A stretch of 32,000 nucleotides of DNA from Crocosphaera subtropica ATCC 51142 (GTDB lineage Bacteria > Cyanobacteriota > Cyanobacteriia > Cyanobacteriales > Microcystaceae): positions 3,600,001-3,632,000 of the forward strand of contig NC_010546.1 of the NCBI RefSeq assembly GCF_000017845.1. Direction: 5' to 3'. This document shows positions 1 through 8,500 of the stretch, piece after piece. The notes beneath the pieces are model-generated. The model was not told where the DNA came from and ran no database searches. It worked only from the letters and a program-made list of their open reading frames with translations. Made by a program: the position numbers and the translations under genes. Position 1 is the stretch's first letter. Every line of letters begins with the position of its first letter.

Positions 1-1708
1 CAGTGGTTGGAAGCGGTTCGGGTTCAGGTTCAGAAGTTTGCTCAAGTTCGATTATGATTTCATCTCCATAAACTCGGCGCTCGGTATCGATTAGATTGTA
101 GTTGGCATCGAGAACGGGAAAACTATAAACAGGAGTGAAGGTAATCTGTGTTAGGTTCTCTTCAACCAGATTTTCTAAGTTAACTTCTAGATGTCCATAG
201 TGCTTGCCTCCAGCTACATTTTGAAGTACACCATTTACCTCTTGCCATAATTCTGCTTCGTCTTGGTCAGCAGTCCATTGACTAAACTCGTTGTAGCTGA
301 GGAGATTTCCGTTCTCATCGGTGCGTTGTCCGCGCATTCCGTCTCCGGCCACCCCCACATCGTAGTAGTAAACCCCTTCTCCGTCGTTATCTTCATCGAC
401 AAAGCTACGCTCGAACATTTCGCTATGACCAGAGAAAACCGCGACCACACCATATTCTTCAAACAGAGGATGATATTGACGCATCGGCGTTCCCCCCTGA
501 CCAGAAGAATCTTCATGATTCATCGGTAAGCCATGAGTCCCGTTAGAGTAAGGAGCATGGTGGAACTGTGCAAAGATGATTTGTCCTTGTTCGCGAGCCG
601 ATTCTAACTGTTTGATCGCCCAATTCCATTGAGGACTACCAGGGTTGAAGTCTGCTAAATCCGTACCCCCTGCTGCTTCATACTGTTCACGGGTGATGTT
701 CTCTTGAGTATCCGTTCCAGGTCCAGTATATTCTTGACCGCTAATTTGAGGGGGTTGTCCTTCCCCCCCATAGTTGTTACGGTTATCGTCTGGTTCACCG
801 TTGGAGCTATCGAGAGTCAGAATCGTTATGGGTCCGTAATCAATACGGTAGTAATTATCTTGATGTTCGGGAGTGCCATTGTCTGGCGCATCGAAATAAA
901 CATCGTATTTTTCGCGACCAAATAAGGGCCCATACCGTCCGTCTGGGTCAGTTCCATAACCTCCGTTGAGTGCGCCAAAGTTCTCCCAGTTACCTAAAGC
1001 TGGTAGGATGGGGTACTCAGACAAGCCACTGTCAAACTCACCGGCATTATGACGGAAAAATTCATCCCAAGCCGGTTGATAACCACCCCCTTGAATTAAA
1101 TCTCCTGGCATCATCATAAAGTCGGGTTCTCGGCTGTTGATGATTTCCAGGTTGTTTCTGTAACCGACATTTTCTGTTAAGGGATAGTTAAGGCTATCGC
1201 CAGAAACCCCAAAAGTCTCTGCCCAAAGACTACCTTCTATATCTGGACGCAGTAAAGATTCTTCCTCTAAAGCGCCCTGTTGCCAATCACGACGATTAAC
1301 TCGACCGCGAGGTTCGGTTTCGCTGTCTGAAAGCACCACAAAGCGAATCTGATCCCAGTCTTCAGCAGTAGGGGCTGTCTCAAAGCTAGATTGAAAAGTA
1401 TCATCTCCAACTGTCACCGAATACTCGTAAGTGCTGTCCGGCAACAGATCCCTTATGTCTAAAGTGTGCTTATAGTTTTCATTGTCAAGCAACCATGATC
1501 CTGATTCTAAACCGTCAATCTCTTGATTTAACTCAGCATCAGTGTAACTAAGGATTGGCTCAAATGTGGGGTTAATGGTAAAGGTTAGGGGAACATTCAA
1601 TCCTGGTCCTGTAATTGATACTTCACTCGAAATATTGTCTTCGGTGAACCAAGTGATGTAAGTTCCATCGCTAGAGGGCTGTTGTAAATAAGGGTTAATG
1701 CGAAACAT
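1..1708 (-). CDS. Purple-acid-phosphatase-like metallophosphoesterase, with its 3' end cut by the left window edge
   Basis: It is absent from the ORF track because no stop codon lies in the window. My own minus-strand translation from the ATG at 1708..1706 stays open to position 1: MFRINPYLQQPSSDGTYITWFTED...FVVLSDSE...PGDLIQGG...LGNWE...AQFHHAPYS...FSGHSEMFE...EQTSEPEPEPLPTT. The order of metallophosphatase motifs is preserved behind a PAP-type N-terminal beta-sandwich (STYEYSV). There is no N-terminal signal peptide. Confidence 0.8.
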   Translation of the reverse strand, partial: MFRINPYLQQPSSDGTYITWFTEDNISSEVSITGPGLNVPLTFTINPTFEPILSYTDAELNQEIDGLESGSWLLDNENYKHTLDIRDLLPDSTYEYSVTVGDDTFQSSFETAPTAEDWDQIRFVVLSDSETEPRGRVNRRDWQQGALEEESLLRPDIEGSLWAETFGVSGDSLNYPLTENVGYRNNLEIINSREPDFMMMPGDLIQGGGYQPAWDEFFRHNAGEFDSGLSEYPILPALGNWENFGALNGGYGTDPDGRYGPLFGREKYDVYFDAPDNGTPEHQDNYYRIDYGPITILTLDSSNGEPDDNRNNYGGEGQPPQISGQEYTGPGTDTQENITREQYEAAGGTDLADFNPGSPQWNWAIKQLESAREQGQIIFAQFHHAPYSNGTHGLPMNHEDSSGQGGTPMRQYHPLFEEYGVVAVFSGHSEMFERSFVDEDNDGEGVYYYDVGVAGDGMRGQRTDENGNLLSYNEFSQWTADQDEAELWQEVNGVLQNVAGGKHYGHLEVNLENLVEENLTQITFTPVYSFPVLDANYNLIDTERRVYGDEIIIELEQTSEPEPEPLPTT

Positions 1709-1832
1709 AATTCAAGTACACCTTTGTTGAAATTTGATGAATTAAAAAAAATACGAAATTCTTGATTAATCTTGTTTTTGTGAGACAAGGAAGGGAATGC
1801 TAGTTAGTATGTATCGAGTTTTTTGATCACCA

Positions 1833-1869
1833 TTTCAGGATTTTCTGTCATCACAAAAAAATCCCGAAA
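1833..1869 (-). promoter_or_regulatory. Conserved stem-loop, copy a (arms TTTCAGGATTTT / AAAATCCCGAAA, 13-nt loop), between the gene 2 terminator and the gene 1 start
   Basis: I read a 12-bp inverted repeat directly. The single A.C mismatch on the plus strand becomes a U.G wobble in the minus-strand RNA. It shares its stem core with the copies at 4239-4265 and 4973-5007. Confidence 0.5.
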
Positions 1870-1879
1870 ATTAACCATT

Positions 1880-1907
1880 AAAAAAAGGAGTAGGTATTAC
1901 CCACCCC
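1880..1907 (-). terminator. Rho-independent terminator of the PhoA-RTX gene
   Basis: The minus-strand RNA reads GGGGUGGGU-AAU-ACCUACUCC (G.U wobbles allowed) and begins 9 nt after the stop codon. A U7 tract follows it (A-run 1880-1886 on the plus strand). Confidence 0.75.
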
Positions 1908-1916
1908 AAAAAATGA

Positions 1917-2440
1917 TTAAGCAAACACAAAATCTGCCGCAGTTAAGTCAGTAGAATTAATACCTCTTAAGACCGCTAAATCTTGTCCTAAAGCATTAAT
2001 GGTGGTATCGGCACCATTTTGAGTTAACATCAAATCGTCAAAACTGAGATCCGTTGCCCCAAAACCGATCACATCCTCACCGATGGTAAAGTCAGTGATG
2101 GTATTCGCATTAGCTGGTACATCAATGTCATCGTTGGTGAGCCAGAATTGATCCATTCCAGAACCACCAGTGACGATATTGTTACCTTCTCCTGAACCGA
2201 GGAATAAGATATCGTCCCCAGAACCTGCAAGGATGCGGTTATTGCTACCGGCAAAAATAATGTCGTCACCACTACCCAAGTCAATGCGACTGCGATCGCC
2301 ACCCGGAGCAAAACTAACATCGACAAAGTCATCCCCACTACCGGCAAAGAGGATCTGGTTATCCCCAATAAATCCGCTCTCTCCAGGATTTTCTGTATCA
2401 AAGAAATCAGCATCAGCAGTCCCGCGAACCATAGTGGGAA
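1917..2440 (-). repeat. C-terminal RTX/secretion cassette, copy 1 (DNA-level paralogue of 5051-5575)
   Basis: It is collinear with 5051-5575 at a constant offset of 3134 nt. One example is a 45-nt perfect run at 2013-2057 = 5147-5191. The protein segments [42 protein letters not shown]... and [42 protein letters not shown]... are near-identical. Confidence 0.9.
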
Positions 2441-4184
2441 CTTCGGGGGTTTCTTCTTGTAAAGGGGTTTCTCCTTGTAAAATGGCAGTGCGTGCTGTTT
2501 GTGCCAAGTGTACCAAATCTACATGATTGGGAATACCTGGTACTTGAACGCCATAGTTTTCAAAACCTTGACCAATAAAACCATCTAGGACTTCAGAACC
2601 AGCACCTTGATAGTAAACGGGAACGGGACGGTTGGAGTGAGAACCCCACTGATACTTATCTTCAGGGTCAGAGCCAAAATAATGACCAGCAGTAGCAGAA
2701 TCGAAAGCAGTAGTTAAAGCTTCAGCCCCATACTCTCGATAGAGAGCAGGGAAGTCTTCGGTTAAGGTCATGTAGTGGTCGTGATCGGCTGTCACGATTA
2801 AGAGATTCTCTTCCCAACCACCATTTTCCTCAATCCAATCAACTGTGACTTCGACAGTCTCGTCAATATCTCTAAATGTTCCGAGTAAATTATCCATATT
2901 ATTGTCATGGAGTACCCAGTCCATATCGCCCTGTTCTACAGCAAGGAAGAAACCATCTTCATCTTTGCTGAGAAACTCTAAAGAGGCTGCTGTCATTTCA
3001 GCTAGGGTAGGATTCTCATCTGCTTCGCGAGCAATGAAGTCTTCTATTGTTTCGCCAGGCATCAGCGGACGATTGAGATCGGGAGTTTCTCCTGCCCGTT
3101 GAGAAGAGCGATGGGAAAAAGTATTTAAGCCAGTGTTACTGTAGTCGCTGTCTGCGGTTACTAAGGGCAAGTTGCCGTTTTGTCCTCTAGCTCCATAAAG
3201 ACCGAACAAGCGATCGCCATCTTCTGGATTAAGTGCTTCTGCTGCCTCTAACAAAGTCTCTCCAGCATTAGGATTGCGCTCTAAAAAATTGTAGCCGTAG
3301 AGATTATCGCCATCAGGATTATTGCTTAGTTCCTCATAGGTAGACTCAGCAATATAGACAAAGTTAAGCTCACCACCCATTTCTGAGTCCGTGTTGTTGT
3401 AGTCGAGAGGATGACCACCACCGAGAATAAGATCGGGTTGTATTTCTAACAGCATTTGCTGCGTGACGCTATCACCAGCCTCAAATTCCTCTCCTTCTAA
3501 AGCACCTTCAGGGATGCCGTCATCTAGCTTACCTCGGTTGTTAACGTGAGAAGCAGTTGCAGCAGGGGTGGCATGGCTGAAAGGAACGCTAGAAACTGTA
3601 CCTGTAGCTTTTCCTTGTGCTTTGGCAGTTTCGAGAATGGTTTCCACTGGCTGCTCGAAAATGTCAACTCCTAAAGCTCCAGCAAATGTCTTAACTCCCG
3701 AATAGAGAGACGTGCCAGCAGCAGCAGAGTCAGTAAAGTTTTGCTTGATGTATTCCGGGTTAGAACCTTGAATCCAAGGTTGAGGACCGCCTTGCTGAGG
3801 ATCATAACCAACGAGATTACCTACCCCTGGAAAGTCTTCATTGGCATAGGGGTTAAAGCTAGGATCGAAGCCAGTTGAGCTATCATCTGAATCCCTTGGC
3901 AAGGTAAATCCTTCACGCAGTTCGCCTTCACCAGTAACGCGGTCTCTAGGATCTCCCTCAAAGGCTGAATTACCTATGTCACCGTCAATAATTGTTGAAT
4001 AAGTAGTGGCATTGGTGTAGCCTTCTAGTTCTTGAAAGCTCAGTCCTTCGCCTTTACCCTCTGTATAGAAATCCTCTAAAGTATTTCCTTGGTGTCCTTC
4101 GTCAATTTGTTTGGCAATGGCAGCAGCACGAACCATTTCCCAGCCCATACCATCACCGACAATCATAATGACATTCTTGGCCAT
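1917..4184 (-). CDS. phoA: PhoA-family alkaline phosphatase fused to a C-terminal RTX-type Ca-binding cassette (755 aa)
   Basis: The canonical AP motifs appear in order: MIVGDGMG (Asp51 equivalent), [17 protein letters not shown] (D-S-A nucleophile), [14 protein letters not shown] (E/D/H metal ligands), VTADHDH and WGSHSN. The C-terminus carries GGxGxD-like repeats ([28 protein letters not shown]). The catalytic domain starts at residue 5, so there is no signal peptide. Confidence 0.92.
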   Translation of the reverse strand: [755 protein letters not shown]

Positions 4185-4238
4185 GATTTCAATTACCTTT
4201 AGTTTGTTAGGGTGTGTAAATTTTTGCAGAGAAAATGG

Positions 4239-4265
4239 CAGAATTTTTGATAATAGAAAATCCTG
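4239..4265 (-). promoter_or_regulatory. Conserved stem-loop, copy b (CAGAATTTT / AAAATCCTG, 9-nt loop), in the 5' leader/promoter region of the PhoA-RTX gene
   Basis: It lies 55-81 nt upstream of the ATG at 4184. The stem core is the same as in copies a and c. The one A.C mismatch again becomes U.G only in the minus-strand transcript. Confidence 0.45.
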
Positions 4266-4409
4266 AAATATTTACTGTCTTTTTAGTTGCAAACTTTGCC
4301 ATTAAAGAATTACTTATAATCTAAGCCTCTATCTCTAACAACACGCTTATGATTCTTCCCAAGAGAATATTTTTCTTATGGAAATTTTAAGCAAATTTTG
4401 ATCCGTTTT

Positions 4410-4463
4410 AAGAGTAAAACAATAAACTTATTATTATGAATTTTGAAAGTTTATTTTACTCTT
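4410..4463. repeat. Imperfect long inverted repeat in the ORF-free spacer (AAGAGTAAAACAATAAACTT ... AAGTTTATTTTACTCTT)
   Basis: I read the arms directly. They are about 17-20 nt long with a one-base indel and a 17-nt AT-rich loop. Confidence 0.5.
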
Positions 4464-4972
4464 CTTTAAGGAAAAAATAGTTTACAAAAGACACTTCTCT
4501 GACTCGATTTCATAATAGCGTTTTTAGGTATCGGTAAGGTTATTATTTGGTTAATAACCAATTATTTTTTTTATAAAATTTAAACAAGTTTAGTTTAAGT
4601 CATGTCTTTATTTTATACTTACTTGCTTATTATTTTTTAATCTTTTAAAGAAGAAACAAGAATGAAATATGCTGACTATTTCGCCTTTATTGTCTAAGCT
4701 AGCTAATTTTGTCGAAGATTTAAACTATAGATTTATGTCGTTTGCTTGATTAATACTAAATCCGCTTATTATCGTAGAGTAATCTTCTTTCTCCCCCTGC
4801 TTTCTCAAGATGATTGTCTACTGTCTATAGCGGATCTAGTATAATTTGATTAGCAAAAACTTGGTTTATTATAAACTGAGAAATAATAAAATTAGCGAAA
4901 TATTATAAATACATAAAATTAATATTACTTTTCACTAAAAAATGATTATTAATTTTTTATTCTTTATTAAAA

Positions 4973-5007
4973 ATTCCAGGATTTCTAATTACTAAAAATC
5001 CTGGAAT
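4973..5007 (-). terminator. Conserved stem-loop, copy c (ATTCCAGGATTT / AAATCCTGGAAT, 11-nt loop); second terminator-like hairpin after the 1976-aa gene
   Basis: The 12-bp stem is perfect. In the minus-strand RNA it is followed by UUUUAAUAAAG. Confidence 0.6.
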
Positions 5008-5010
5008 CTC

Positions 5011-5037
5011 GTTAATTAAAGGTAGGGAATACCTACC
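5011..5037 (-). terminator. First terminator hairpin after the 1976-aa gene
   Basis: The stem is GGTAGG-gaata-CCTACC at 5021-5037, 13 nt after the stop codon. UUUAAUUAAC follows it in the RNA. Its position is homologous to the terminator at 1880-1907. Confidence 0.55.
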
Positions 5038-5050
5038 CCTAAAAATACAA

Positions 5051-5575
5051 TTAAGCAAAAGCAAAGTCAGATGAACTCAAATCAGTAGAATCAATGCGTC
5101 GTAAGATAGCTAAATCTTGTCCGAGAGCATTGATGGTTGTATCTAAACCATTTTGAGTTAACATCAAATCGTCAAAACTGAGATCCGTTGCACCAAAGCC
5201 GATCACATCTTCCCCGATGGTAAAGTCAGTGATGGTATTCGCTTCAGTGGGTAAGGCTTCTGCATCAGTAACAATCCAGAATTGATCCATTCCAGAACCA
5301 CCAGTAACAACATTGTTACCTTCACCAGAACCCAGGAATAAGATATCGTCTCCTGAACCTGCAATGATGCGGTTATTGCTACCGGCAAAAATGATGTCAT
5401 CACCGCTACCCAAGTCAATGCGACTGCGATCGCCACCAGGGGCAAAGGTAACATCAACAAAGTCATCACCAGAACCTGCAAAGAGAAGCTGATTATCACC
5501 AATAAATCCACTATCTCCAGGATCTTCGGTGTCGAAGACATCAGCACCAGCACTACCCCGTACCATACTGGGAAC
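5051..5575 (-). repeat. C-terminal RTX/secretion cassette, copy 2 (paralogue of 1917-2440)
   Basis: See copy 1. It ends ...[13 protein letters not shown], whereas copy 1 ends ...[13 protein letters not shown]. Confidence 0.9.
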
Positions 5576-8500
5576 TTCGATGGGTTCGACAGAAGTATCT
5601 TCGATAGTAACCGTTACACTATTCTCAGCAGTTGGTGCATAACCAATTTCATCAATTAAAGTGTAAGTGGTGGTTTCGTCTCCTTCCGTTACTTCATCTG
5701 CAACCGTCGTTAAAGTGATGGTTGCAAAGGTTGCTCCTTCATCGATGGTGATGGCAGAACGAGCTAATTCTCCTGCTTCTGGGGTTAACTGTTCCAAATT
5801 GCTGGCATTGGTTAAAGTAGGAGGAAATTCCACATCTCCGAAGGCATTATCGGAGTCTACCTCAGACCAAACCACCCGTAAACCACCTTCTGGGGCTGCT
5901 TCATCGAGGGTAAAGGTGAGGGTGTAGGTATCAGCATTTTCAGTAACGCTGGTCTTATCAACGGTTAAACCGACTTCAGAAATGATGCCTAAACGGGGAT
6001 CAACATCTAAGGGTTCCTGTAACTGGATCTTGATAATCTCGTTGTTGTCGATATCTCCTTCCCGTCCCATAGAGAAAGGATAGTTATTATCATTGGCCAC
6101 TAAGATGGTTTGCTCATCAATTACTAACACATCTTCAATAGTGACGAAGGGGAACCTAAAGGTGGTGTCCCCATCATTATTAAGGTCATCGGGATCGGCA
6201 ATGTTTAAGAGATCCACTAATTCGGTCTTTTCAACAAAGCCGTTTTCATCCACTTGGGAGAGATCCACCTTAAACAGTTTCTTGAACTCGGCTGCATCTC
6301 CTTGGTTGCCATCCCGTTCAATAATGATAAACTCATTATCGTTAATAGGAGTCATATCACCGATCGCATGGCTACCGTCTTCTAATTCGTAGTAACCCGC
6401 TAACTCATCAAGGAAGCTACCTGAAGCCACATCAAACTCATAGATCCGTAAAGCGTTCTCTGGATCACCCATGACACGCCCTTCTAACAGAGGATAAAGG
6501 GTCATTAAATCAGGACTATACCCTAACCCTTCGTAACCACGAGAACGGCTTAAATTAACTAAATCAGCGTTTTCTGGGTTATCAGGAGAACTAACAAAGG
6601 CTGCAGTGATTTTATCTAAAACTAACCGCGCAGTATCAGGGTTATCAGAGAATACACCATCCACACCCAAAGAATAGAATTGATCGTATTCCGCTTCTGG
6701 GTTGCCGTTGTAGTCATTAGCTAAGAAGACATCTTCATCACGGAAGGTGTAAGGATGAACCTGTAATCCTGCTTCGTGAGCGTCTTCTACGAGGGTTGTG
6801 GGTTCAAGAAGGTTATTATCACTGGTGCCAACAATACGACGTTTAGAGGGGCCAATACCATCAGCGTAAGTAGCAATTTCTGCTAACCCGTCAGGGGTAA
6901 TTAAATCGCTATAGGTGCGATCGTCACCATCGGCCACTAAATCGTAGGGCGCACCACCGCCGCCAATTAACTGAACCAAAGGAATATCAACCCCGGCCTC
7001 TGGCATAATGGTTTCCGAGAGTTCCTGGAGGTTGCTAACTTCAAAGGACTGGATGAAGATGCGATCAGGATCGGTAAATCCTTTTTCGACTAAGGTATCA
7101 ATCAGAATTTGCGAGGTATTGATATTAATGGGAGATCCATCAATAAAGGTTCCTTCTGTGGCAAAGAAGGTAGGGTGTTTGGTTTCGGGATAAATACCGA
7201 TTTGTTCCCCAGTGGTTGCTTCAATTTCATTGACGAGATCGATGATTTCTTCTAGGGTGGGAATTTCAAAGAAGAAATCATATTCGGTATTTTCAGGACG
7301 AATATCAGGAATCCGTTCTACAGCCCGTAATTGCTTAATTTCTTCTAAAGTAAAGTCTTCTGAGAACCAACCGGTAAAACTGGTTCCGTCAATGACTTTG
7401 GTGGTTAAGCGATCGCTAAACTGAGGTAAGAGATAAACGTTAGTTGAAGTTGAACTTCTATCAATGACGTATTCCCCATTTTCATCGAATAAGGGATTAC
7501 CATTTGCATCGGTTTCAACAACGGCTAAAGCGTTCTCATGACGGGCAATAAGTACCCCATCTTTGGTGGGAACTAAGTCCGGTTCGATATAGTCTGCACC
7601 GAATTCAATACCGAGATTATAAGCAGCAATGAGATCCCGACCCAAGAATCCTAAGGTATGTTCAGGGCGATCGCCACTAGCACCCCGATGGGCAATGACT
7701 AAGGGATCTTCGCCGTTTAAGGTGTTGAAGTTGTAAATATTAGGAGTGGCAATAGGTGCGCTGAGTAATTCCCCATCTAAGTTAAATTCCAGGAGATAAG
7801 GACCAAATTCTTCCCCGATCCAAATGCGATCGTCGGTGACTACGATAGATTCAACGTCAAAATCTGCCCCAGTTAAGAATCTTTCGGTGGTGCCTTCACT
7901 AACAATATCAAAGGGGATGAAATTGTTAGGATCAGACAGTTGAATAAAGTCTAAAACCTCTGCCTCGCCGTTTCCTCCGTCTTCAGTTTGGAAGTTAGGA
8001 TCAACTTTGAAGATTCTTAAGAGATAATCATCACTATTGGCTTTCGATCCATACCCATTATCCGATAAAAACCAATAGTTACCATCTTCGGCAAATTGTA
8101 CCCCACTAAATCCTTGTACCGGTTGTTCAGCAAAGGGAACCTCACGGTTATCGGAATTAATGGAAAAACCAGAACCCCCAGGCAGTCCAGGTAAGAAGGT
8201 ATCCGCAGGTAAAGAAGAAAATCCCACTAAGGTAGCAATACTATCAGGATTAACCCCAAACAGGGTTTGATACATGATGTCATAAATTTCGGTATTGTCA
8301 ATGGTAGAAGACAATAACTCCGCATTCATGCCATAGGTTTTGGCTACAATGCTGCCAGGAAAGTCAGGGGTTCCTGCCCAAGCAATCCCAAAATTACCCA
8401 TTGGGCCATCAATACTATCCATAGCAGGAAAAGCGTCCCAGGGAAATTCTTCGCTTCCTGTGCTACCGGTTGCCCCATCTAGATAGTTAGGGGTATCGTT

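Noticed and set aside
235-925. ORF-track entries 235-516(-), 263-529(+) and 704-925(+)
   Set aside because: They lie wholly inside the long open minus-strand frame of the edge-truncated metallophosphoesterase (1-1708), which has clear family motifs. They are out-of-frame or antisense shadow ORFs with no recognisable features.
1597-1788. 63-aa ORF overlapping the 5' end of the metallophosphoesterase gene
   Set aside because: It is in a different frame from the motif-bearing ORF that starts at 1708. It has low-complexity AT-rich composition and no supporting signal.
2069-2526. Overlapping ORFs 2069-2413(-) and 2170-2526(+), and their twin at 5203-5553(-)
   Set aside because: These are alternative-frame or antisense readings of the GGxGxD repeat DNA. 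They appear in both cassette copies only because the DNA is duplicated. Repeat-rich, stop-poor sequence generates such ORFs.
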